60,518 bases of DNA from a virus. Lineage: Duplodnaviria; Caudoviricetes. The position numbers were made by a program, and so were the translations under genes. Within the stretch, counting starts at the first letter, position 1. Each line of letters opens with the position of its first letter. Location of the stretch: the IMG/VR virus record IMGVR_UViG_3300042539_002213, positions 1 to 60,518 of that record. One strand, given 5' to 3'. Shown piece after piece: positions 29,463 through 38,476 of this stretch. Under the pieces are notes generated by a model. The model ran no database searches and was not told where the DNA came from. It was given only the letters and a program-made list of their open reading frames with translations.

Positions 29463-30252
29463 AGCAATTAATGTAGTGCTCTTTAGCTTTCTTTGTTTTA
29501 AAAAACATGTCTGGCTCAAACTCAAAACATTTTGTATCGTTTGCAAGCCAATGCCTAAACACAAAATGCAACATCAAGTAACACGCAGTTAAATCTTCGT
29601 TGCGACTGTTTCTTTTGATTGCTTCTTTGTGTAAAAAACTATCTGCAGGTAATTGCTCAAAAATGTGTAACAGTAAATCAAACCTGTGCACTACTTGAGC
29701 CAACGACGCGTTCTTAAAGCCAAAAAACCGGTCAAGCCCCACTATCTTTCCGTCTGCGGATTGAAACCACTTTGGATTTATAATTTCGGAAATAAATGAA
29801 CATACCGCAACTTCATTCTTAATTCCTAAAAAATAAAAGGCTTTCCGGGCATGATGTACCTGCGCCAAAGTGCTTGCAAGTTCAATTTCATTTTCTCGAA
29901 ATGCCTTTGCTACTGTAAGGCTTAACCCTAGATCAGGATTAAGTTTGTGCCAGTGCGGAGACTGCCTTTTATATACAGGCATTGAAACTAGATTGTAAAG
30001 AAAAAACTCAGATTCCAAAAAAGACTTGTTCCATAAAAACGGAGAACCTACATATACGTTTAAATCTTGGTTTGAGCTTTTTTTAAAATGCAAATCAGTG
30101 ATTAAACCGTAGTTAGATGCAGACCCTACAACAAATACGTCACCTGAAACCAAGTCGGATAACCTTTGCTTTTGTGCTTTATTTCCTGCGCGTAGACCCC
30201 AAATTTGGCCTTTAGGGTCTACGTGTAAGCAAATGCTATTGTTTGTTGTCAT
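29443..30252 (-). CDS. Divergent IS110-transposase/Nop-domain-like protein
   Basis: FLGIKNEVAVCSFISEIINPKWF...LDRFFGF resembles IS110 Transposase_20 IPGIG..A..LLAEIGD..RF....L..YAGL; no DEDD tetrad is evident. Confidence 0.45.
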   Translation of the reverse strand: MTTNNSICLHVDPKGQIWGLRAGNKAQKQRLSDLVSGDVFVVGSASNYGLITDLHFKKSSNQDLNVYVGSPFLWNKSFLESEFFLYNLVSMPVYKRQSPHWHKLNPDLGLSLTVAKAFRENEIELASTLAQVHHARKAFYFLGIKNEVAVCSFISEIINPKWFQSADGKIVGLDRFFGFKNASLAQVVHRFDLLLHIFEQLPADSFLHKEAIKRNSRNEDLTACYLMLHFVFRHWLANDTKCFEFEPDMFFKTKKAKEHYINCYEGLHS

Positions 30253-32414
30253 TTTGAAATCTGTACTATGTGGTCAAAAGCATTGGTCAAACCTTTTTCG
30301 TGGGTAATGACTACAATTTGCTTGTTTTTTCCCATGCTGCTTGACCACTCCTGTAGTGCGTCATGGAAATAAGCAACGTTGTCTTCATCTAGTCCATCTG
30401 CCGGTTCATCAAGAAACATTATACCAATGTTATGTCCAAAAAGCCTATCTAACGCAGACCTAAAAGCAATCGCGAGAATAACCTTTTGTCCGCCGCTAAG
30501 CTGCCGGGCTGAAACACTGTGCTTATCTGAGAAAAATACATCAAACGATAGGTCTTCGGTAGCCTTCACTAAAAAAGGATTATTAAATCTACTTAGTTCT
30601 TCGTTAATGTGCGATTCTAGCCTTTTTAAGTTGTTGTGAGCTACACGTTTAGGTAAGCATGTCCAGTGAAAAATTTCCGATGCTCGGCTAATAATTGACA
30701 TAAGATGCTTAGCTTTAGCGTCTTTTGCCAAGTTTGCTTTTAAACTAGAAAGAGTAGCTTTCAACCCATTTAAAGTGTTTTGATGTGATTTCAGCATACG
30801 TTCAAGCATTTCAATCTTTGTTTTAGACGACTTATGCTTTTCAATTTGCTGTTGATATTCGTCACACTGCTCGTTAGAGCAAACCTTACCTAGCCCATTA
30901 AGTTCTTCCTGCAATTCTGTGAATCTACTTTGACGCGACTGAACGTTTCCAGTATGTATACCAACAGCACTTACGGCATGATTGTACGGATACTCAGTCT
31001 CGCCAAGTAACTTATCTGCCTTAACCTTACTAGCTAAAATAGATTTGGCCTTATCTAGCGATTCCTGTGAAACAGTCTTACCTTCAACCGTAGACTCAAG
31101 TGCCTTTAACTTAGCTTCTATGTTGCTCAGTCTAACTTCAGCCTGAACTACATCGGTATTAGCATACTCTAGTTTTTTAACTGAAGCGCGGCTAGATAAA
31201 ACAAGTGTTTTTAGCTCAGTATAACCTTCAACCTTAGAATTATACTGTGAAATCAACTCCTTAATATGACTAGGTTCTACTTTTTGCTTACAGTGATCAC
31301 ACTCAGCCTTCTTACCTTCCTTTAGGTTTTTAATTACAACTTCTAACTCAGATAAACTAGCTTGAAGCTGTCTAAATTCAGCTTCTTTTTCTTCTAACTC
31401 AGATCCCTGCAACAAACCATTATCACAAGCTTCTTTAGTTAAATTCTCAAGTTTAGTTTTAAAACTGTTTAGATCAGTTTCAGCATCTTCTTTTGCCTTT
31501 TTGTGTGCAATAATAGACGCAAAAGTTTTAGCTAGCGTATCGGTTGAAGCGACAAGCGATCTTGCTGATTGAATGTTTTCGCTGTTACGCGAAAGCCAAT
31601 CTTTAGCTTTTTGTCTCCTGGCTTCAATGTCAGCTGCATTTCCTTTGGCTGTATCTAGTTCAGCCAAGTAGGAAACAAGCTCTTTTTTAAGTGTAGCTAG
31701 TTGCAATTTAAGGTACGAATACCGCTGAAAATCACCTACTGCTTTTTCAAGCTGTACTAATTTTTCTGCCGAAAGAACTTCGACCTTAGCTGCAGCGATA
31801 TCTTCTTCAGTAGACTTAATCTGCGTTGCAATTGAGTCAATTTGAGCTTCTATGTCTAAACTGTTGTCAACCGTCGTTTTAAGCTTGTAATAATCAAGCA
31901 TGGTTGAACAAGCTGAAGAAATATTAGCTGAAAAATCAACACCGCAAAGGTGCTGGAAGGTCTTTGCTCTTACACTAGCTGACTCATCCAGGAATGTAAA
32001 CATTGCCCCTTGGTTAACAAAAACGTACTGATCTACTACGTTTCGAGTTAAACCTAAGCTGCCAAGTACTGTTTCATTAACAGCAGTCGCTGATTCTGCA
32101 ATCGTGTCGCCTAGCTTAAAAAAGTTTTCGTTAGGTCTAAGACTACGTTTTAGCTCAAACAGCTTACCGTCGTGGGTACCGGTAATTCGGACAAAACTAG
32201 GTTCGTGTTTCTTGCTTGTGTTAGTAATAACACCCGCTTTAGTACCAGCGTTAAATCGACCAAAGTCACCTGTGATTCCTGCGTAAATTGCATTCACAAG
32301 CGTGCTTTTACCTGCACCATTGGATCCGATAATTCCGGTAACACCCGCCTCAAATGAAACTTTAAGTTCTCTGTGCGGTCCAATATTTTTAAGTTCAACA
32401 GTATCAATCTGCAT
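30249..32414 (-). CDS. sbcC: SbcC/Rad50-like ATPase (gp46-like)
   Basis: GSNGAGKST, coiled coil with CDHC hook, LSGGQ, FLDEP and ITH motifs. Confidence 0.92.
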   Translation of the reverse strand: MQIDTVELKNIGPHRELKVSFEAGVTGIIGSNGAGKSTLVNAIYAGITGDFGRFNAGTKAGVITNTSKKHEPSFVRITGTHDGKLFELKRSLRPNENFFKLGDTIAESATAVNETVLGSLGLTRNVVDQYVFVNQGAMFTFLDESASVRAKTFQHLCGVDFSANISSACSTMLDYYKLKTTVDNSLDIEAQIDSIATQIKSTEEDIAAAKVEVLSAEKLVQLEKAVGDFQRYSYLKLQLATLKKELVSYLAELDTAKGNAADIEARRQKAKDWLSRNSENIQSARSLVASTDTLAKTFASIIAHKKAKEDAETDLNSFKTKLENLTKEACDNGLLQGSELEEKEAEFRQLQASLSELEVVIKNLKEGKKAECDHCKQKVEPSHIKELISQYNSKVEGYTELKTLVLSSRASVKKLEYANTDVVQAEVRLSNIEAKLKALESTVEGKTVSQESLDKAKSILASKVKADKLLGETEYPYNHAVSAVGIHTGNVQSRQSRFTELQEELNGLGKVCSNEQCDEYQQQIEKHKSSKTKIEMLERMLKSHQNTLNGLKATLSSLKANLAKDAKAKHLMSIISRASEIFHWTCLPKRVAHNNLKRLESHINEELSRFNNPFLVKATEDLSFDVFFSDKHSVSARQLSGGQKVILAIAFRSALDRLFGHNIGIMFLDEPADGLDEDNVAYFHDALQEWSSSMGKNKQIVVITHEKGLTNAFDHIVQISK

Positions 32415-33561
32415 TTAATTTTTCCTCCAACCAAGTAGCTAGTATAATCGACGGATCGCCGCCAGAAAGTAATCGGCTAGCAAGTTCGTAAGCAGCTGGT
32501 TCTTTAATCTTGTCTACCTCATCATCTAGACACTCCATAAGCGTAAGCTTAGCTGTGTCAGCGGTTTTATCGTCAGCTAAGTTTGTAACCGCTAAACCTT
32601 CAAGCTTAAAAAACAAATGAGCGTCGTTTGAGTATTTCTCTTTAATCCTGTTTACAAGCTCGTTATCTTCCGGCTTGTGTACAATTTTGATTAAAGGTTT
32701 TTTAAGCTCTTCAGCTAAAAAAATAGGTTGAGCTAAAACCTTAGCGATAGCTTTTTCTAATTTAAGCGGTGTTAAAGTAGAAGGATGCTTAGTATTAAAA
32801 TCGTAGTAACTGCGCGTAGGTATAGGAATGCTTGTAATTTTTAGCTTTCGCAAACCCGCTGCGCTTGCATCTGACTCAGCTACAAAGAAATACTTGTTCG
32901 GTGGCTCACTGAGGCTACGCATATGCGTACTACCTGGACTTAGGACGGTAAGTTTGTTTTCACCGTGGTATTTGCAAATGTGATCATGATAATCACCGGT
33001 CAACAAATATCTTACATTTGCTGGCACATCGTCAAAACAACCTTGTGGGTTACCTAGGTCACCCATAAAGTCTTTCCAGACCTGGTGACATACTAGCAAA
33101 AACTCACCTGGTGATTTTGCGACAAACTCTAACTTTTCAGCCAGTGTCTTTGCGTTGCAATAGTCAAAGCCTGCAATTTGAAGGCCATTTGAAAATTTAC
33201 AGTCAAATACAGGAGCTTCTAGATTCAGGTGAAAAACATTCCCGTTTACATTTCCTAACTGAGCCCAATGAGTTTCTAGTTGAAACTCATGCTGACCTTG
33301 GTTGTAAAGTACGGTAATGTTATTGTTAGTCAGTGCAGCAATTCCTTTTGCCAAGTTATAAACAGGACCGGCTAAGTTTAGTTGCTTATCCAGTAAGTCG
33401 CCCGCTAAAATAACAGCGTCTACCTTGTTAGATAGCGCGTACTCTACAATGTAGTTCCAGCTTGCATAACTGTCACCGTATATCGGTCTGTGCTTCCAGA
33501 TTGTGTCCGAAAGATGCAGATCGCTTGTAAACAAAACTTTGTTAAAAACGTAATTAAACAT
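32404..33561 (-). CDS. sbcD: SbcD/Mre11-like metallophosphoesterase nuclease (gp47-like)
   Basis: SDLHL, AGDLLD, GQHE, CHQ, GDYH and SPGS motifs. Confidence 0.9.
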   Translation of the reverse strand: MFNYVFNKVLFTSDLHLSDTIWKHRPIYGDSYASWNYIVEYALSNKVDAVILAGDLLDKQLNLAGPVYNLAKGIAALTNNNITVLYNQGQHEFQLETHWAQLGNVNGNVFHLNLEAPVFDCKFSNGLQIAGFDYCNAKTLAEKLEFVAKSPGEFLLVCHQVWKDFMGDLGNPQGCFDDVPANVRYLLTGDYHDHICKYHGENKLTVLSPGSTHMRSLSEPPNKYFFVAESDASAAGLRKLKITSIPIPTRSYYDFNTKHPSTLTPLKLEKAIAKVLAQPIFLAEELKKPLIKIVHKPEDNELVNRIKEKYSNDAHLFFKLEGLAVTNLADDKTADTAKLTLMECLDDEVDKIKEPAAYELASRLLSGGDPSIILATWLEEKLNAD

Positions 33562-33946
33562 GGTAAAACCTATTGCAATGCCAATAAACGAGCTGTGCGA
33601 CAGATTGACTATCGCACAACTTAAACTTGAACGACTGTCTGCTATGGAGCTGGATAAAAACCTGCTTCAAAAACAGATAGATTACTTGCTAGAAGGTGTT
33701 GATAGCTCAAATTCAAGCTTGCTAGAGCTTATCGGTGAGCTAAAAACAATCAACGGCAAAATGTGGGATCTGGAGTACGAGATTCGCAAAGGACTAGATG
33801 CAAAACTTGGTTACGAAGAAATCGGCAAACGAGCGCTAGCGATTAGGGATTGTAATAGAGAGCGTGTGGCTATCAAAAACAAAATCGCCTCGCTAGTCGC
33901 TCAACCGGAGTTTTTAGATTGTAAGATGAACCACGCTTCTAGTTAG
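33560..33946 (+). CDS. DUF6165-like protein
   Basis: PINELCDRLTIAQLK...LKTINGKMWDLE..IR...NRERVAIKNKI pattern. Confidence 0.7.
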   Translation: MVKPIAMPINELCDRLTIAQLKLERLSAMELDKNLLQKQIDYLLEGVDSSNSSLLELIGELKTINGKMWDLEYEIRKGLDAKLGYEEIGKRALAIRDCNRERVAIKNKIASLVAQPEFLDCKMNHASS

Positions 33947-34237
33947 TTAATCTTTAAAATTAGCCTGATATTCTTCTAACTCGGAGTCTGAAAGAGATTT
34001 CCAATATACAGCTTCACTTAACCCCGGTAAGTCCTTTAAATTTGAAGGAAAGTCACCTTCAAAAGAAGCGACAAATAACATTTTAACGGTTAAAAAACAG
34101 TCGTGGCATAATCCGGCTATTTGAGATGCGTCAATTTCAGTGTCTACCATTACCAATCTTCCATCGCAATACAAAGCTTGATAGTCGTCATTAGCGCTAT
34201 CTATTTCAACAATCACCACGTCTCTGACTTTAGTCAT
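33947..34237 (-). CDS. Hypothetical protein, paralog-like to 34249..34503
   Basis: Likely start MTKVRD after AAGGAG; QALYCDGRL motif. Confidence 0.65.
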   Translation of the reverse strand: MTKVRDVVIVEIDSANDDYQALYCDGRLVMVDTEIDASQIAGLCHDCFLTVKMLFVASFEGDFPSNLKDLPGLSEAVYWKSLSDSELEEYQANFKD

Positions 34238-34248
34238 AAGTTTCTCCT

Positions 34249-34503
34249 TTAAAGTTTTGAAGGTATCCAATCGCCGGTATCGACTTCGGTAAAGTTCTTT
34301 AACAGCTTAGGTGGTTTTTTTTTTTCAAAATTATCTACGTTTACTTGCCGGAGTGTAAAAGCCCAACCGTCCGCAATTTTAGCCAAATCGCAAGGATAAA
34401 ATGTACTCTCAGTACTATGTAATTTACCGTTAACGTAAAGAATTTGGCTTTCATATAACTCATCTACAGTTAAATTCACAACCACAAAATCAAGAGGAGC
34501 CAT
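34249..34503 (-). CDS. Hypothetical protein
   Basis: QILYVNGKL, similar to its neighbour. Confidence 0.6.
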   Translation of the reverse strand: MAPLDFVVVNLTVDELYESQILYVNGKLHSTESTFYPCDLAKIADGWAFTLRQVNVDNFEKKKPPKLLKNFTEVDTGDWIPSKL

Positions 34504-35158
34504 TTTGCACCTTTGCTTTAAGGTGATTGTCAGCTAGATATTTGTTCATATGCTCTTTCTTAAACTCACAAGCCTGATCGTAGTTAGAAAAAACATCAAA
34601 CGAGTAATCGTTTAACGTAGATAGCCGGTAGTGAAAATTTTCAAAGTTAGGCAATGTTCCCTGCAAATACTGTTTTTGTTTGTTTTTTGCGTTTGTAAAA
34701 GTCACTACTTTAAAGATTTGCCTAGGCATGCTTGCGTTTAAATGCAAAGGCGTAGTTGTATAAACATACTGGCCATTTTGCAGCTGGTTTATTTTTTTGT
34801 GCTGCGAAAACCTTTCAAAACAAGCTTTTCGCCAAGATTCAGCGTTCTCTCTAAACGACTCAGGTAAAGAATCAAGCGGTGTAAGCTTAAGTAAAAACTT
34901 CATAGGGCAATCAAAGTAATACGGCCCCATAAACTCTGAAATGTCTTTATATGAGTAGTACCCGCCTTTTTTGCTTATCAATACTACCGTGACAGTATTA
35001 ATGTTTTGGTCAGAGCCTTTTAAAGCCCTTGTCTCTAACACATACGCAACGTTTCCTTTAACACTAATACCATGGACAATAGTGTTAGTATCTTCAAATT
35101 GTCGGCGTATAAATGTTTTTACGTCTTTGTAATGCGTGTTAACAGTTGTCCATCCCAT
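34490..35158 (-). CDS. DUF6927-like protein
   Basis: Likely start MGWTT; YKDISEFMGPYYFDCP...AESWRKAC motif. Confidence 0.65.
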   Translation of the reverse strand: MGWTTVNTHYKDVKTFIRRQFEDTNTIVHGISVKGNVAYVLETRALKGSDQNINTVTVVLISKKGGYYSYKDISEFMGPYYFDCPMKFLLKLTPLDSLPESFRENAESWRKACFERFSQHKKINQLQNGQYVYTTTPLHLNASMPRQIFKVVTFTNAKNKQKQYLQGTLPNFENFHYRLSTLNDYSFDVFSNYDQACEFKKEHMNKYLADNHLKAKVQNGSS

Positions 35159-35168
35159 GTAAGTTCCT

Positions 35169-35723
35169 TTAACTGTCTGAAGGATTATCGCTACTATCAC
35201 CATGAAACAAACGGTCGATATCGGCGTCTGAAATACCGCCTGTTTGATTGGCGTTTCCGATAATATTCTTAAACAAATCTGTGACATCTTGAATAAGAAC
35301 TTGAGTTTTGCTGCTCTTTTTAATCTTAGCTTCGCGCTTTTCATCATCCAAAAATGCGTACTCTAGAAGCAAAGCTGCACGGCTAAAAAGTTGAAGCCGT
35401 AGAAAAATGCACGCATCACTATCCCAAAGGTCAACTTCTTCGTAGTTACGAAGAATGTCGTCGTACATTTCTCGGATAACTCGAACTGCCGCAAGATTTC
35501 TACCTAGCGTCATTACCGGCAGTTCTTTAAACGGTTCTAGTTTGCAGCTGGGTACAAACGCAAGATCAGGCAAAAACGGTTTTGTTGGAGCGTCTAACCG
35601 CTCTGCATTAGTTTCTGACCATTCTCGATTTTCTTCAACCCAATTGTAAAGTTCAATCAAGAGCGAATGCAATTTCTCGGAATTGCAATTCTTGCGTGGA
35701 TACGGTGGACTTGTAATTTCCAT
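35169..35723 (-). CDS. Hypothetical protein
   Basis: 184-aa ORF in operon. Confidence 0.7.
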   Translation of the reverse strand: MEITSPPYPRKNCNSEKLHSLLIELYNWVEENREWSETNAERLDAPTKPFLPDLAFVPSCKLEPFKELPVMTLGRNLAAVRVIREMYDDILRNYEEVDLWDSDACIFLRLQLFSRAALLLEYAFLDDEKREAKIKKSSKTQVLIQDVTDLFKNIIGNANQTGGISDADIDRLFHGDSSDNPSDS

Positions 35724-35738
35724 GTTATTTCTTTCTGT

Positions 35739-36242
35739 TTAAGTGTTTGATTCGTAATGGTTAATGATGTAATCAAGGCGACGAAGTCCTTCTTTTAGCC
35801 CTTCTTCATGTGAAATTTCCTGCTCGTCTAAAGCAAATTCGCTAAAATCAAATTCTAGCAAATACTGCGAGGTTTCATCCAAATTAAACCTGGTGTCCTC
35901 AAAATCGCTAGCGTAAAATAAAAAGTAGCTTTCGCTATCGGTAAGCTCTAGCCACGCACCCGCAGAAAGGCAGCCGGTAAATTCATCTTTAACCTTTTTG
36001 CCTTCAGTTAGCATTATTGCGTTAGAAAAACCTATAAAGCAGCCACAAGCTCCACAATTGTGTAAAGAGTCAGAGCCGGAAAGTAATTCCCTATACGCTT
36101 TATTTACATTTTTTTTTAAAGAACGATTCGGTTTTTCTTCGACATAAGCATTGCGGTAACCGATTATCGTGTTGTAGTTAAAATTCTGATTAAAGCTAAG
36201 AACAGTTTGCTTTAGTAGTTTAAGCCTTTCTAAATTAGCCAT
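35739..36242 (-). CDS. Hypothetical phage protein
   Basis: 167 aa with CGACGCFIGF motif; AGGAG RBS. Confidence 0.7.
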   Translation of the reverse strand: MANLERLKLLKQTVLSFNQNFNYNTIIGYRNAYVEEKPNRSLKKNVNKAYRELLSGSDSLHNCGACGCFIGFSNAIMLTEGKKVKDEFTGCLSAGAWLELTDSESYFLFYASDFEDTRFNLDETSQYLLEFDFSEFALDEQEISHEEGLKEGLRRLDYIINHYESNT

Positions 36243-36253
36243 AACAAAGCTCC

Positions 36254-37168
36254 TTACTTAAGTTGTTGAAAACGGATCAAATTTTGATCTGGAAAAAGAG
36301 ACATAAGCTGGCTAAAAACGTAAGTCGAATGTGGACTAAAAAGCTCTTTCCAGTCTAACGCCAGCACACAAGAAAGACCACGGGCTACAGTTTTTTTCTG
36401 TTGAATCTGTGATTTACCTGTCAGCGAAAAACTACCTTTAACGGTAAACCCAGGTCGACGCTTAACCAACACGGCAACCGGATCAATTTCAGCCGGTATG
36501 ACTTGAATACCTACGTGGTACAAAACAGGTACACCTTTTTTGTCAATCACCCTGCCGCGTTTTGTAACGTAAGGTGAAGCCAGCGTTACAGTTCGTGTAA
36601 AAGGAACAACTACTTGTGCAGTAAAGTGCGACTTAAACCAAAAGTGCGGACCAGTTTGCCGATTAAAAAAAGGCAAACTAGGCGCGTTAAGGTCTAAATC
36701 CAGTCGTTGACTCCAAAAAGCAATGCGCGAGCGGTCTAAAACAGTCTGGTCTAAAGCTAGTATTCGACTGTAAATAGGTAAAACCCGATACCGCACAAAA
36801 CAAAACGGACAGATGCGGTGGTTACGACAAATAAAAAGCTTAGGCTCTACATCAAAACCACATGGAGGGCAATTAGCGCTGTGTGTGTAGTCAAGTAGCA
36901 AAGCACGCGTTTCTACCTGCAACCGGTTTAATTCAACAGCAGACAGCTCTTCGTTTTTAGCTTGCTGGTTTGCAAACTGAATAACTCGTTTACGACTGCG
37001 ACTAATCTGGCGTCGGTAGCAGTAGTGCAACTCACGCATAGCTTTAGCTAATTTAGGTGCAGACCTGTGTCCTAAAAGAACCCGCTTAGTCAGGTAACCT
37101 TCATCAGAATCAAATAAATTGTGAACCTGAATAGGCTTAAAAGACGACGGAAAAGTAGATTTGTTCAT
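36254..37168 (-). CDS. Basic Zn-finger protein (Rep/IS91-type CxxxxxCPxC motif)
   Basis: Likely start MNKSTF; ICRNHRICPFC motif; Arg/Lys-rich; next to a large inverted repeat. Confidence 0.5.
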   Translation of the reverse strand: MNKSTFPSSFKPIQVHNLFDSDEGYLTKRVLLGHRSAPKLAKAMRELHYCYRRQISRSRKRVIQFANQQAKNEELSAVELNRLQVETRALLLDYTHSANCPPCGFDVEPKLFICRNHRICPFCFVRYRVLPIYSRILALDQTVLDRSRIAFWSQRLDLDLNAPSLPFFNRQTGPHFWFKSHFTAQVVVPFTRTVTLASPYVTKRGRVIDKKGVPVLYHVGIQVIPAEIDPVAVLVKRRPGFTVKGSFSLTGKSQIQQKKTVARGLSCVLALDWKELFSPHSTYVFSQLMSLFPDQNLIRFQQLK

Positions 37169-37206
37169 AAAGGTTAACCTTAAACAATTAAAACCGATAC
37201 AAAAGG

Positions 37207-37446
37207 TATACACTTATGTATCTTTATTTACTTCTACAAAGTAAATAAAGTCATTGTAAAACCAAAATTCCGTGGATTAGTATTTTTAATATTAATTATA
37301 CTTGAATCAGAACTGTTGATTTGTAATGAGTAAAGACGGCAGACCTTTAATTTTGATTTAGATTTAGTCTAGTTTCTTATAACACTTTTTATTGTATTTT
37401 AGCTTTATTTACTTCGTAGAAGTAAATAAAGATACATAAGTGTATA
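37207..37446. repeat. 44-bp inverted repeat pair, each arm internally palindromic, flanking an AT-rich 152-bp core
   Basis: 37207-37250 TATACACTTATGTATCTTTATTTACTTCTACAAAGTAAATAAAG is the reverse complement of 37403-37446 with one mismatch. Confidence 0.92.
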
Positions 37447-37449
37447 GGT

Positions 37450-37791
37450 TTAGGTAACTAGCTGTTTGATCTGGTTTATTTTGGTTGCAAAGTAAAGTAG
37501 CGAACTCCATTCGCTTGTAAGGTTAAACTCTGACCCTTGGCTGTTGGCTGTGTTTACCAGCACTTTGTAAAACTGGTTTGCAATAGCTGTGTCGATTCCA
37601 TCGTGCGTTACTGTTGCACCTAGGTAGTTTTCAAACGCAGGTCTAAACCTTTTTTTGTACAACCACAGCTCAAAAAACCTTTCTTTGTCGTTGACGTAAA
37701 AGTCCTGAATAAAAATAGACGGATGACAGCCTACTTTTCTTTGCTTAACCGCTACCGCAATATGTCCAGCATCTAATTTTATTTTACTCAT
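37450..37791 (-). CDS. Hypothetical protein
   Basis: 113-aa ORF. Confidence 0.65.
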   Translation of the reverse strand: MSKIKLDAGHIAVAVKQRKVGCHPSIFIQDFYVNDKERFFELWLYKKRFRPAFENYLGATVTHDGIDTAIANQFYKVLVNTANSQGSEFNLTSEWSSLLYFATKINQIKQLVT

Positions 37792-37837
37792 TTAAAGGCC
37801 CCTGGAATCGCGTAGAACGCGTTTAGATTGTTTTTGG

Positions 37838-38182
37838 CTACTTAGACTCGTTTTTACGGTTGCGTGCGTCTAATCGCTTTTTATCGCTTTGTAGCTTTAC
37901 TTCATCAACTTCGTTTAATCTGTGTTCGACTTCTAGTTTGTCTAAGAACAACCGTAGTGTTCTGATGGTAATAGCCCCTAGGTTTGGGATAGCCATTAGC
38001 TCAGGTACTGTTTTTTGAGCAAGCTGCGCCACAGTTAATACGCCGTGTTTTTCTAGCGTATTTTGAGTACGAAGCGCCAAATTAGTATTTGCAATACAGA
38101 TTGACATCACATCTACTGCAACGCTTCTTTTGTTTGCTGTTTGTAGTTTTTTACGTGAATCTGGTCCTCCTACTATTTTCAT
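37838..38182 (-). CDS. RNA polymerase alpha-subunit C-terminal-domain-like protein
   Basis: LALRTQNTLEKHGVLTVAQLAQKTVPELMAIPNLG matches alpha-CTD LSVRxxNxLxxxxIxxxxDLxxxxxxELxxxPNLG. Confidence 0.8.
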   Translation of the reverse strand: MKIVGGPDSRKKLQTANKRSVAVDVMSICIANTNLALRTQNTLEKHGVLTVAQLAQKTVPELMAIPNLGAITIRTLRLFLDKLEVEHRLNEVDEVKLQSDKKRLDARNRKNESK

Positions 38183-38197
38183 TTTTTGTTCCTTGTT

Positions 38198-38476
38198 TTA
38201 GTAGAATTTAGATTTTTTTGTGACGGTATCGTACCCCTTGCCGCTGCCACCAGTCCAGCCGTAATAACCGTTTCCCCAGCCAACATCGTTGTCGTCTGTA
38301 TTATCGGTACCACGGCTGCATCCGTCAGAAGTATCTAGACTGCTTCCATGTCCGTTGCCGATACTATCACCGCAGAGCCAACCATCACCACCTCCGTCGA
38401 TACCACACCCGTAGGGTTTTCCGTCGCCGTTGCCGCGACTATCACCTACCGGCATAAAAAGTTTAGTTTTGCTCAT
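38198..38476 (-). CDS. Gly-rich (GxG repeat) small protein
   Basis: FMPVG leader, GxG repeats, DTVTKK tail. Confidence 0.65.
   Translation of the reverse strand: MSKTKLFMPVGDSRGNGDGKPYGCGIDGGGDGWLCGDSIGNGHGSSLDTSDGCSRGTDNTDDNDVGWGNGYYGWTGGSGKGYDTVTKKSKFY

Noticed and set aside
29443-30252. Active IS110 insertion sequence
   Set aside because: No DEDD catalytic motif, no non-coding ends, and the gene overlaps both neighbours.
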